Shown: positions 52,009 through 64,000, counted from the stretch's first letter. The stretch: 64,000 nt of DNA from Phoronis australis (GCA_002633005.1 NMRA01000042.1:1055038-1119037), one strand, 5' to 3'. Numbers and translations: made by a program. Notes: generated from the letters alone by a model not told the origin.

Positions 52009-52106
52009 CTGAAAGCCAATGAACGTTTCACTAAACTGTGCTGAGAAATGTCGTGACATTTCATAAAAAACGAAAAATTAGGTGTTGGACTTGTGAATTA
52101 GTAAAA

Positions 52107-52618
52107 CTCGCTGGTTTCCTGCGCGTCCGCTAGGGCCGGGTAGGCCTAGAGGACACGCAGGTGTCATTCAGCAGCACACGTTTTATCACTGGTTGATGTA
52201 ACTTTGGTAGTCATTGGTTAGCGTTACGACAAAGAAAGAAAATGACGGACTGTGAACGATTGTTAGCCTTGTCAACATTCTTGCGAACCGAATTTCTTTC
52301 TACTACAAATATTTCGTTTCTGCGGTAATGTTTAATTCATAGACGCGTGCTTGAAGCACAAAACGCATACAGATCTGACCGATTTAATCTGTGTGTCATT
52401 CATACTGTGTGAATACAGCACAGCAACGGCAAAAATCAGTAGAAAAATGCACACCGATACTTAATTTTCCGATTCAAATTTCTTTTCCAACTGCCCATCG
52501 ATTTGTCGGTACAACAGACCACAAACTATATCCACATATTTTACACTTCCTCCATCAGTCATGCCAGCGCCACCTACGTGTCCTCTTCCCCCTAGCGGAC
52601 ACGCAGGGAACCAGCGAG
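52107..52618. mobile_element. MITE family A copy in PhyH copy A intron
   Basis: TIRs CTCGCTGGTTTCC / GGGAACCAGCGAG, with flanks ATTAGTAAAA/ATTAGTACAA. It is absent from the paralogous intron of copy B. Confidence 0.82.
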
Positions 52619-52674
52619 ATTAGTACAAGCACGTTCGACTGACAAAAAACGAGTTTGAGGACTGCTTGCCGTAC

Positions 52675-52766
52675 CCGTAATCTTGGTGCCAGTTCCAGAC
52701 GCCGCCCTCGCGTGCTTTCTTCATCATGAGTTTACTGTGGTAGTGGTAACTCTCTCCACCAAGTAA
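52675..52766 (-). CDS. PhyH-family dioxygenase copy A, exon with HxD iron motif
   Basis: [31 protein letters not shown]. Confidence 0.92.
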
Positions 52767-53616
52767 CTGGAAGAGATATCGTTGAACAATAATTGTCTTG
52801 TTATAACGGTAAAAGCATCGTTATTCATACACGCACGTGTTCTGTAGACTCTACGTAATACATGTATTGTTGTGCTAGTTGTGGTAGCAGTAGTAGTCGT
52901 AGTAAACTCTAGTTCCAGTAGTCTAGTTGTGCATTTTGTTTCTGATCACATGCAAAACAAATAACATATGCATGTAATTAGCTAAAGACGACCCTCCCGC
53001 TGGTTCTCAGTAAAGCGGTTTTCGCCCTCCCTAACCGCCCTCGCTTCCTCCCTGCCTCCTTCTCTCCTTACCTTTCGCCGTCCTCTCTCTCTTCCTCCAT
53101 TCATACTTCCCTCCCCTAGAATGTCTTGTTTTGGTTTTCTCAGTTACCAATATACTATACCTATGCTTGATAAAAATAAAACGAAAGGGTGGAATTTCCA
53201 AATCACCGACAGTGGAGTATTCAACTAAAAAAGACTACAATAAACCTATGGTAAAGTCAGTTGTATCGTTGCTTGTCCAAAACTGGGCGAGAAAGCCAAA
53301 TCTTGGACTGAAAACGCAACAGGCGTGTTGAAAAGTGAATGATCAAATGAAATCCAAGTAGTTGCGTATATCAACGCGATATAAGCAATAGCAATCACAG
53401 AACTACGACTCAGTATTTACGGTAACCTTCCATATAACTCGAATGCATGTTCACAGGTGTATATAAACATAATTTCAATTTTTTTGAATAATAATCACAA
53501 AATCTTGGAACGGAAAAATTCGTATATTCATTATACCTATATTAATTCGCAGTTAACATCTTGAAATCACGCAGAAAGTGGCTCATTAAAGTCAGTTTTT
53601 GTGATTAAACCATCAC

Positions 53617-53809
53617 CTTATCAACAGTTCCAGCAACTTTTTCGCTTCTGGCAATCATGCCGCTGATGTCTTTACTGGGATGATTCCAGAACACCATGGC
53701 AGACTTCATGCCTTTCCCGTCATCCACGAGAATCTCATTTTCCATCACGTGGGGGTTGTCTTCAATTTGTGTGCGCAGACGGGTAATCTCTGCATTCGAT
53801 AAAAGTCCT
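53617..53809 (-). CDS. PhyH-family dioxygenase copy A, exon
   Basis: GLLSNAEITRLRTQIE...DDGKGMKSAMVFWNHPSKDISGMIARSEKVAGTVDK, with tttcag/gtgat boundaries. Confidence 0.9.
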
Positions 53810-55003
53810 CTGAAAATTTAACTCTTTTAAGTCTTAAGAGGAATTCCATTTGGTTAGGTTGATTTTAGTAACTAAAAACAATTTCCCTATTTACATCTCT
53901 TCAATAGACTGTACCATTTAATGCCGGTAAATAATTCATTTGAGACGTTTAGTTTCTTTTGCAGTAAATCTGAGGTCCGTACCAAAAAACTGGCTGAGTG
54001 GAGACAAATCAAGTCAATTTAAAGTCCTTCTCTCAAACTGCTCATGTGGTTCCAGTATCCGAAAATACTTACTACATAAATTTTTATTTTCGACACCCTT
54101 TCTTTATATCCTTTTCGTCTTTCTTGCCAAAAGCGATTTTTTAACAGTATTTGACCCTTCTCTCTGAGTGTATGATTACCGGTTGTCATCGGTTATTTCC
54201 GTACCCACATTTCCGGCTCATCAGTTCAGGAACTTGTCCTGAACGCCGCCATTTTTTCCTTGTAACTGAATGTGCTATGGCTTGCTCGAAAAGTCTTCAT
54301 TATTTTGTTTTATTAGTAATATACCGGGATTCGTTTGCATATGTAGTGTATTTATAGTGTGTAGTTAGAGGTCGTTGATTTTTTTTGGAATGTTACGCGT
54401 ACTTAGTATGTTAAAATAGCATTGGTGTTTAGTTCCTTACGTATGCCGGTCAAACCTAGGAACAAATATGGGTCGAACCAATTTTTTTTCGGTTTTATTT
54501 TTTCCTCGTTTTGAAAAAGTACTTTGCTATCATCGGAAAGGTAGTACATTCTACTCAGTAAAAACCGAAAAAGTATCAAAATCGGGGCAAGCACTGTAAA
54601 GTTGAGTTTTGTGGCGAAATTTGGGTCACTTTGTTTGGATCGCGTCGGCCATATTGGAGGACAGCGGGATAAGTTATGAGTTTAAAACTTGTGAAAATTG
54701 TTTTCGCCAACAAATTACGGTGAAATTTAGTTAGACATATCTTTACTTACTATTCTGCACGATTTAACAGTGTTCACCAAATTTCAGACTCGCAGTTGTT
54801 ACTCATTAAGTGATAAATGTGCTCACAATTCCCGTTGGACTTCGTCTCATTTCTGGCGGCACCGACAACATGGCGACTTTTGCTGAACTGAAAGGCATGT
54901 TCAATCGGCTACTTTGTAATTTGTGAAGATTTAACGTTGATACATTTTGACAAACGTTGCTACAAAAAAGAAACTTTGTTCAATTTTCGTGTTTTTTGTG
55001 TTT

Positions 55004-55841
55004 GTGGCCAGCGACCAGTTAGGCCTAAGGGTAGTCTTGGCGCAAAGCTGGCGTGCGTTCAGTAGACGCTAGGACCTACGCTAGGACCTTGCAAAATCCT
55101 AGTCAAAGTCACATGTTCTCATTTAAAATACACGGCAATATCTCACGTAATCTCGCGAAGTCTTGCTTCTTAGCGAGGTCCTAGCGCTACTGAACGGGAG
55201 GCTGTATAGGCCTACTAACAAGCTGTATTTTGACTATAGTCTTCACTGGTAGCTGGTGACTGAGGCTAACTAAGGTCTGCCGCGGCAGTGTGACACAGGA
55301 CTAACCAGCCCGTAATTTCATGCAAGTATCTGAAACTACCCTTGAATATATGCAGCATTTATCATTTGACCATTTTACTTCGACAAAACAGCTTGCAACC
55401 GCATGCATTTACCGTTCGCCAGTGTCTGGTCTCGATCCGCACCGGGTCCGATAGGCTGCGGTCCCGAGTCTGGCAAAATAATTTCTGTCAAAATTTATTC
55501 GCCACATTTCTTCAGCAAATTCCATAAAATTGTCCGTAGTTTGATTTTATCAAAATTAAGGCGCGCTGTCGATTTTTTTATCCCCGTTTGCTGGCTGGTA
55601 ACAGTACAGGCACTGCTCCAGTCGCACTGACGGCGTTTTCTCGGCCTGGGTTCCTGAATGAATTGTACTTCCGGGTTCGCGGCAAGTTCAAAATGGCTGT
55701 GGTTCTTCGGGTGCGAATCGTGAGTGGCGCGTTCATTTAAACTTTTTTCGAGTACGGATCGTGTATTAGTTATGGGGTAGGTACTTCTTGGATCCTTATA
55801 ACATCTTCTAACCATATAATAAGGGTTAACAACGCGTGAGA
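55004..55841 (-). repeat. Interspersed repeat copy 2 (inverted relative to 23072-23730) with a 150-bp palindromic insert
   Basis: Reverse-complement match to 23072-23730. The extra segment 55051-55200 has inverted ends CGTTCAGTAG(A)CGCTAGGACCT and is flanked by GCTG. Confidence 0.8.
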
Positions 55842-56859
55842 GAAGGACTTTAAATGAAACCTCAAGGAAGTGAACTTAAGTTCATCTTTTAAAGTTTCTT
55901 GCTTAGATTTGGTTCGAGTCCGCCACACCGTAATTTTCCGCAGACAAGTCGGCCGAATATACACACAGTAGGTGTCTACAATGAACATTTTTCGAGAATA
56001 CGCTAAAACTTTACATGGTTGGATGCTAACACTTTCCAGTCGTTTGTTCAGATATGACTGTTGGTTTCTATAAAGTGCCAGTTTCGCAATATTCGGCTCT
56101 ACCGGAAATTTAAGATTAAAATGAACGCAAGTGCACTTTCATGGAAGTCAATCCACTTTCACTGCAGACGACAAAACAAACGACAACTTGCCAGGTGTTT
56201 TTAGAGAATAACAGGCTTGACACAGGTGAAGCTTTCCTGCTTGGTTACTGCAATGAACTCTTGTTTTGTATGATATTTCTTCAAGAAATCTGAATAGTAG
56301 CCATTTTGACAACTTATGATCGACTTAAGACAAAGTGGAGCCTAACTTATAATTTTAAAACAGGAACCTAAAGCGATTTTCGCTATGATTATTTGTTAAC
56401 ACGAAATACATGTAATTTAAAGTTTCTTGAAACAGGGCCTAGAGAAAGAGCGAGATCGTGCAACTTTTTGCAAGATGTCGACATGAATTACAAGCGAAGC
56501 ACGAAATCACTCTATTTTTACAGGCGAATGTCTTGCGTCTTTGGAACGCGTCCCAATTTATCTGTCAGTTGCAGACCCAAAGTTATTTACTTTCAACATG
56601 AACATGTCCATTCCTTCAAATAAGATCAGCCTCTGTAGAATAATTTCGGGTGTTGTGATTTTTTGTAACAAAACGATTAGTCATTCCTTCCTTTTGTGAC
56701 ATAGTAACAACTCAGGAACACTTACTAATCCAGAGCTGGATTGAAGCAAAAATAGTTTTTTTCAGTGTATAATGTTTATTACAAGCTACGATCAACCCCG
56801 TAGTACGAGGTTTGAAATGTCTTGCCCTATAACCACAGAATGTACAATACGTTACTCAG

Positions 56860-57048
56860 CATGCGTGCACCCAGCCTAAAAGGGGGGGCTCAAATTTTTG
56901 AGAATGATAGTTCCTGCCTTTTTAGTGAGCTTTTCTCTTGTTTTCTAGTTTTTAGGACTTTTAGTTTCTCTGAGGCGGGCCTTTTTTGCCCACTTTGTCA
57001 AATTTGGGGCTCGTTTGAACCCTCGAGCACACTCTGGGTGCGCGCATG
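56860..57048. mobile_element. MITE with CATG termini and 5-bp TSD
   Basis: CATGCGTGCACCCAG...CTGGGTGCGCGCATG with TSD CTCAG. Confidence 0.78.
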
Positions 57049-57245
57049 CTCAGCAATTTCCGTAGTCTAGCTCTGCCTTCTAGCAGCGTGCTTGTGCTCG
57101 GTTTATGACGTCACACATCCAGGTAATGCAGTTAGTGGGAGTGCGCAAAGAGTGATACGATAATGTATCCTACTTCTTGTTGCAGGGTTCAACTCTAACA
57201 CACGTTCGGGATCTTGACCTAGACGCTATCAGTTAGAAAACCTAC

Positions 57246-57330
57246 TTGATAATGACGTAGCCATTTTCGTTGAAGTCTTTGACACATTCATCAGTAACGA
57301 CGAAGTCATCGCCAGTCATATGATAATAGG
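57246..57330 (-). CDS. PhyH-family dioxygenase copy A, 5'-most recognisable coding exon
   Basis: tttcag|..YYHMTGDDFVVTDECVKDFNENGYVII|gtagg. The F.E.GYVII motif is typical of the PhyH N-terminus. The start may be the internal ATG at 57319 or lie in an upstream exon. Confidence 0.85.
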
Positions 57331-60300
57331 CTGAAAGTGACGATAAATATGAGTTACACGGTAAAGAAATCACATGATCCGCGCCCATTTAGGTTCATGC
57401 GCTTATATCGAAATAATGCGTTTTTAATCCTTTAAAAATTGGTTACAAACACGCCTTGCATTCCAAAAAAAAATATTTACCGGTATTAAATTTGTCTCAA
57501 GTTGCGCATTAATAAAAAGCGCGTTTTCTGGGCTAAGACAGCCGCACTGGCATTCGTTGTAACTTGAGGCCGGGTTGTTAGCCAATAAGTAAAATTGTCA
57601 CGGGTGGTCATTTTATTCGTCGAGGTACACGAACTGTCAGTTCTTGGCAAGACCATAAATCACTCCAATTTTATATCGATAATGAAAAAACTGTGTTTGT
57701 TTGGTAGAGCATGGATTTCAGTATTACCACTTCTACAGATTACTGAAGCCATCATATAGACCTTACACACGCAGTCGCTATTTTAGCAGAGAGCCTCCTT
57801 TTAGGTTTAAAAAAACAACGCATTTGAGACACGAATATAACGAGGCATACAAAAAATCACGCTTTGCGCTGTATTTAAGCGCCAAATGCATTCTTTTTTA
57901 AATCTAAAAAGAGGCTCACTTTTACAATGGCAACTGCTTGAATACGGTGTATACGATATCTAGGAAATATAGAATAGACAATGAACAAAAGTGTCAGCGT
58001 GGCGAAACGACTCACAAGATTTTGAATGCCGTTGCTAAAATTTAGGGGCGCATTCATCATGGAATTGTGTTCATAAAGAACAGTCGTCACTATGGAAAGC
58101 TATGCCCTTTTTATCACCTTGATCACCTCTGTGATTTCGTAATAACTGGTGATGTCTCTTAATTTTCAGGTTTATTTCCAAAACCACCACGGTCGGCTTT
58201 GGAAAACCAAACCTGGACGCTTTCTACTCAAGAATAGAAAATTTATCAAGCCAGGACAGCACATTTTCATACTTGAAGACAAACGCTGTTAAGAAAATAA
58301 AGTAGGGGTGATAGGACAATATACTCTGCGGCAAATTTGACGGAGCTAAAAACGTGACCAATGAGCACCAGCCTTATAGCGAAAAGTATTCAACCGGGGA
58401 CCGCGGGCCAAGCATGAAAGTGATGCCTACGGGAAGGAGACTGACTACGAGTGCAACCTGGTGTTTTTTTCAATGAACAGGCGAACGCAAAATTAAAACG
58501 AGCTTCGACAGCGGAGGGCTTTTTGCAATGAACAAAGGGGCATGTACTCGTGGTGCCCCCCGACATTTTTTTAAGTAAACGCGGGACAGCAACATATTCA
58601 AAAACCGATCTCTTTTTGTCCCCTGAGTCGATCATCATAGTAAACCAAATCCATGATTTGTCAAATCATCGCGGTGAATAATCAAGGCCAAAGAGTGAAT
58701 GATTTCGTGAACCTTAAATTTAAGCGTTCTGTCTTTAGCAGCGTTCGAAATAAACGCCCGATGTCCCGGGGCCAGCGGATTTGCAGCCGGGCTAGTAACT
58801 TTTAAAAGTTAACTTGGCACCTGGGTCAGTAAATTTTCAGCCTAACTGGGCCCGGCGGGCTAGCTCATTTATTTGCTGAAGTTCGAACATTGGTATTGAA
58901 AGTCTACGTGCTGTTACTCTGAAAGCTACCAGCGCATGACGGATAGAAATCGTGATACAAACGTACGCAGACACATGTAGGAATTCCTGATTTATTAACT
59001 TACACGGTTTGACTTCTGTCCACTTATCCAAGTCCATGTTTTCCAGTCCTCGCTCGATGAGAGGTCACACGTAGAAAAACAGAGTGTTGGATTGAAAAGT
59101 GTCAAATAAACTTATCGTTCTCTGACCGAAGCGACTTTATCTTCAACTAGGTTGTTGCCCTACTTTCTACAGAGCCGCCACTTGGTGTCGCTTGGTACAC
59201 GTAGCTGTTGCAATTTTGGGCAACGTTTCCCCAAGTGCAATTGCTAATCGCGTAGACACATTACGACAGTGTTGTCTGTTTACAATTTTCATGGACACTC
59301 TTTCAAAATCAGACAATATTTTACGAATTGGTGTTTTTCACAAACATGTTAGGATCCTGGCATTTGATTGCCAATACATTGTATGTTACAGACACTGATA
59401 TTTCCAAGACCATCCTTGGGGAATGAAAGGACACGTAGCTTACCGTAGTAGATTTTTTCGATTTAATGTGAATCTTAACCGTCTTATTCGCCTAACTCAC
59501 GTCTGGCAAATTCCACCAATTATGCAGAATTATCCAAGCACAAATTGTAAGTTTGCTTGATAGTGAATACGATTAGTAAAATTTTGAGTTGAGTTTCTGG
59601 TATACAGAGATTAGATCCGGGAACGACAGGGTAGCACCGTGTAAGTGTGGGGGCTCTGCGCCACGTAACCACGACCACGCATAAGTTGGGCGCGCGACAG
59701 TCACAATTCCGAGCGTAATAGTGTTGACTCATAACGTTGTGAAACTGTGTTATCATAACAGGTGTGCGTGTGATCCTGCGGTTCATCAAATTTACCATCT
59801 GCTCTCAATCTGGTTTTTCCAGGCTTAGCTCAGAATACAAGGTGAATTTATTTTCATCGTCTTTTGATATTGACTCAGATATCATAAACATAGATACGCC
59901 AGTGCTCACTAAAAACGTCCTGTTCATTGAGGTATCTAGTTAGGATCAATTAACTATAAGTCATCAGCGTGGCGGACTGAATTTTGACTACAAGAAGTTT
60001 CATGTCAAGTAAAAGTATTTTTTTGTATTTTCTGATTGAGTTGATGACATCCACTGATAGCCAAAGGGCAATAAACCGTGACTATAGAGGCAAAAACCAA
60101 CCATTGATTTAAGCCACCTGCTGTGGAAAATCGGTCTAGTTTTGTCCTTCACTGAGATTAGAAATGAGTTCTAGGCCTTGATAAGAACTGATATGTGTCG
60201 CTGCTGCTTCAAACACAAGCCCACTATCGTCTTGGTGGGTTAACGGTTTTAGTCGACAATACCGGGATTTCAGACGATTTATTGAAAGCAGTTTGAAATC

Positions 60301-61744
60301 GAACAGTCACAGACAGCAAAGTCCCCCACGGATGGGCCTGTTGGGTATTGTATACAGAAGAGTATTTCCTAATTACTTGAGTGAAAAACAAAAGTAAGAT
60401 AAATAAATCATAAGATAATAAGATCATAAAGTGCTGACCGTATGCACTTCGGCAATATTTTGAATGTACTTGTTTAAAACTTGATAGAACCCTGAGAAGT
60501 GTTGGAGTTGCGCACATCGACGAGTGAAAATCAAGAACACGCTAAATTTCAGGAAAATATGGTCGAGTTGTAAGATATGCCGACCGTATTAGATACGGCA
60601 ATTTGTAAGCACGTCTATTTAAGTTTGGTCGTAAACCCTTTGAAATGTAGGAGTTACGCACAGAACACCTCTGCACGTGCCTAGATCCAAAACAGATCAT
60701 AACTTAGTAAAATAGGCCCGTATCCGAAGAGCAAAATGTCCACGGGATGCACTATGGAACTTCGCAAGTATACTTTCAGAAAATTTGGTAGAAATTGTGT
60801 ATGTAATGAAGAACTTGCGCGCAGTCGAACATTTTCCTACAGGGATGTGCGAAAGTCAAGAACCGGACAAAATTCAAGAAAATCGCAAAATGCGAACAAT
60901 AAACACTCCGGTACTTCATAGGAATACTTTTCAAAGTTTGGCCGCCATCCCATTGAATATAGGTGCTGTTTATGAAAGGGTATTCCTTTATATCCGGTGA
61001 TTCTTCAGAAAAAAATGGGTAGACTAGAGGTGTGCCTCCATGACTGAGGCCAAAAATAGACTCATTTTAATACCTACGAATCGTGACAAAACACCCATTT
61101 CATTATCAAAACCCTTGAAATATACCCGACTTTATCTGACCCAAGTGTATAACTAAATCGGCGAAAACTTTGATACTCTTCAGCGGCACGTGTGACACTC
61201 CTCGTACGAAGGAAGACTCCAGGCCCTGAGTCAAAATCAAAAACGGGTCAAATTTCACAAAATCAGTCGAATCTCAAAACAACAACGATACACTGTACAG
61301 AACTTATTGAGCAATTTTCTTTGAAAGTTTGGTTGAAGTACCCTATGTAGGGTTGCGCCCAAGAACATTTCTGTACCGGAATTTGCTGTTGCAGGAAGAT
61401 GGCGGCGCTCTCGGTGTTCTTGACGATCAGGGTGGAGATGTCGAAGAAACGAACTTTTGATTTAAACAACTCAGTGTTATAAAAATGGGCTGATCTTTTT
61501 AATCACGAACGGTCAATTCTTTCGAGGCTATTAAATCACCTCTAATATGACTGCATTTTAAACCTAACTAGACGTCTAAATCACATCCTTTTCGTGACGG
61601 AATGTGGAATCATGACCGCTGTAAGGTTATGCGTACCTTATCCGAAATGTCTTTGTCAGAAGGTAAAGTTTTTTTGCAGTTTGAATAAGTAATTTAAAAT
61701 AATTAGTTTGTGGTAACTACTAACTCCATCTTTCGTTGATCAAG

Positions 61745-62485
61745 TAGAGGGCTAGGTGTGGATGTCACAGGGCCGTTACAACGTTCGGCAACATCACAAG
61801 AACCTTATGTGCGAAAACACAAAATTTTAGACTGGAGCCTCAAAAATACTAATCGTGTGGAACATGGTGGTGAATTTGATGACAGTGACTGATGAGCGAT
61901 GAAAACCGACGGCAATATTGGTGCCCAGTACATTACAAATTACGATAATCATGGTAACGGGCTGGACACCAGGTCTTATAAAGACATAAGCGTGAAATCA
62001 TGTTTTCCATAACGGTGTGGCTTATGGAAAAATACGCAGCATTTCCATCCGTTGCTGTTCACCATGTTAATTCCATTACGTCCATCAGTGTGCGATTTCC
62101 AACACACATGACCTTGAGCTAACTGACATTCTGCTCAGATTTCGGAATCAGCGGAATTCTTTCCTTGTTGAAATCTCGTGTCTTTGGAAATCAGTTTTAT
62201 TAATTGTCAGTAATATCAAAAGAACGTTTTTAGAATTTCCGACAATTACCCAATACACAAGAAATCAAAGACAGTCCTTTTAAGAAGGTTTTCAGTTCTT
62301 AAAACTTTGCATGCATACTTTCCAAAGGATGGGTGACATTATGAAAATAGCAATTATCAATAGAATTTTTTGACAAAAGAATACGACTTCCTCTGAACAA
62401 ACCTGCAACGTCCTCCAATGAGATTACAAAAAATAGGAAGAACAGCTTGAAATAGATTCTTGTCTATTTGGACATGATTAGTAAT
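61745..62485. repeat. Segmental-duplication remnant of the GPCR 3' end and the intergenic/3' UTR region
   Basis: 61783 GTTCGGCAACATCACAAGAACCTTATGTG matches 50217 GTTCGGCAACATCACAAGAAGCTTATGTG. Colinear similarity continues to the PhyH stop codon. Confidence 0.85.
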
Positions 62486-62590
62486 TTATTTTTTCTCCAC
62501 TTCTTCCTTATGTTGGGCGTCGTGGTGTTGAAAGTCAATCCCGCCATTTTTCATCTGAACCTCGCACTGTAGAATGCTTGCGTTGGGGAC
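62486..62590 (-). CDS. PhyH-family dioxygenase copy B, last exon
   Basis: VPNASILQCEVQMKNGGIDFQHHDAQHKEEVEKK*. Confidence 0.85.
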   Translation of the reverse strand, partial: VPNASILQCEVQMKNGGIDFQHHDAQHKEEVEKK

Positions 62591-62799
62591 CTGGATAAAT
62601 AAATCCCAAAATAAGAACACAACTCTGATTGCTTGCACTGCTGATACATATTTAGTTTTGTAGTAACCTACATTAGACCATTATACCTGAAAAATACATA
62701 GGTACTATCAGGAAGAGATATAACTTCCTGGTACTATTTAAAACCTTTAAAATTATTAAAGTAGTAAGATTACTTTCAAAATGTTAGATTGTGGATTAC

Positions 62800-63081
62800 C
62801 TTTACAAGGGGCGTGTAAAATGGATGGTGGTGCGCCTTGAAAGGGTTGTTAGAAGCTTTGTTGTAGGCAATGGCAAGTCCCCATCGTCTGTTTTCGCTGG
62901 TGTTCGGCAAGCTGCAGTGGATTGTGTTCCCGTGATGGATAGCGACATCTCCCGGCTCCAACTCGACAAACACGACTCCGTTGGACTCTGCTGCGAGACG
63001 AATTCTTTCCATATCTGACAGGAGTTGTTCTCCACATTTGGTGACATCAATTCGTCCTATTTTGTGCGACTTTGGGATATA
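62800..63081 (-). CDS. PhyH-family dioxygenase copy B, exon with distal His
   Basis: YIPKSHKIGRIDVTKCGEQLLSDMERIRL...HHGNTIHCSLPNTSENRRWG...LVK. Same 282-nt length as in copy A. Confidence 0.92.
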
Positions 63082-63307
63082 CTGAGAATATAACAGAATT
63101 AATCAGTTTTCCGATTGTTTGGGTGTATCATAATGTTCTAAACTAGGCGTGCCTTCCGGCAATCATTCGCGTGACCTCACACGATCCCATTTCTTTTCGA
63201 GCAGCAATAGATCGGAATTTGCAACTTGTTAGTTAAAATAAAGTGGACAAAATGTCACGATTATGTGCGAATACAATTTCGGAATAAGCACAGTGTCAGA
63301 ATCATAC

Positions 63308-63398
63308 CTGCATGCATCCGTTGTCACGTGTCACCTTGTCAACTGCTATCCACACAGTCAGACAGTCGGGGTACAGCAAACCGTTATAGTACCAGTAA
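63308..63398 (-). CDS. PhyH-family dioxygenase copy B, exon
   Basis: YWYYNGLLYPDCLTVWIAVDKVTRDNGCMQ. Confidence 0.92.
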
Positions 63399-63539
63399 CT
63401 GAAAAGTAAATATCATTTTACGTGATTGTATTGCCCAATGTCTTGAAATTTCGTGGAAACGAAAAAATAGACACTGGAGTCGTAACTTAGTACAAGAACG
63501 TTGTCTGACAAAAAAGAGTTTGAGGATTGATTGCCGTAC

Positions 63540-63631
63540 CCGTAATCTTGATGCCAGTTCCAGACGCCGCCTTCGCGTGGCCTCTTCATCTTCAGTTTGC
63601 TGTGGTAGTGGTAACTCTCTCCTCCAAGTAA
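63540..63631 (-). CDS. PhyH-family dioxygenase copy B, exon with HxD motif (gene continues beyond window)
   Basis: [31 protein letters not shown]. Confidence 0.92.
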
Positions 63632-63884
63632 CTGGAAGACATAGTGTTGAATTGCGTTTTTTGTCTTGCTCATCTATACTCAAGCTCATGAGAACTTATT
63701 TATCTTTGGTTTTCAAACATCATGTCTAAAATCTGCCGCGGGTGCTCATCCGAGAGAAGATGATACGTTGTGTTGTTGATATCCCCCTAGTATACCTACC
63801 AATGATTAGTTGTTGGCTGTAAAAGCATTATTATTCATACATGCACGTGTTTTGTAGGCTCAATTTGGTAGCTACATCAGAGAT

Positions 63885-64000
63885 TGTGGTCACGGTGAAG
63901 GGGATGATAGAGGTGATGGGGTGGCGATGGACGTCGTCGTCGTGGTGAAGGGGATGATAGAGGTGAGAAGGTGGTGGTGGTGGTGGTGATTGTGGTCGTG
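63885..64000. repeat. (GGT/GAT/CGT)n low-complexity microsatellite
   Basis: GGTGAAGGGGATGATAGAGGTGA is duplicated and followed by (GGT)n. Confidence 0.7.

Noticed and set aside
59590-59690. Weak tRNA-like A/B boxes on the minus strand
   Set aside because: Too degenerate to support a tRNA or a SINE call.
31571-63631. A true bacterial ectABCD operon or contamination
   Set aside because: The genes have spliceosomal introns and animal TEs, no EctB or EctC is present, the EctD signature (WHSDFETWH) is absent, and the GNAT has a NAT8-type membrane segment.

Overview
Animal genomic DNA, AT-rich and intron-containing. It most likely comes from a marine invertebrate (lophotrochozoan-like, inferred from gene and repeat content). 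Host genes: (1) the last three coding exons of a calcyphosin-like EF-hand gene (+, 7246-18392); (2) an intronless membrane-anchored NAT8/camello-like GNAT acetyltransferase (+, 31571-32257); (3) a rhodopsin-class FMRFamide-receptor-like GPCR with a single coding exon (+, 49088-50248); (4) two tandem, spliced PhyH-family Fe(II)/2-oxoglutarate dioxygenases resembling proline-4-hydroxylase/ectoine-hydroxylase. Copy A (-, 50963-57330) has six coding exons. Copy B (-, 62486-63631) shows four exons and continues beyond the window. The duplication also carried the tail of the convergent GPCR. The rest is a dense transposon landscape: a 5'-truncated RTE-X-like LINE with a 12-bp TSD, an internally deleted Academ transposon inserted in a 56-bp minisatellite, an L1/Tx1 5' half fused to a Penelope GIY-YIG/hammerhead-like tail, Helentron-type repeats with arrays of CTCF-consensus motifs, MITE families with 9-bp and 5-bp TSDs (including a four-level nest), a THAP remnant and a probable LTR+PBS. 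No rRNA, intact tRNA or CRISPR was seen. All family assignments rest on motif recognition by eye, with no database searches.
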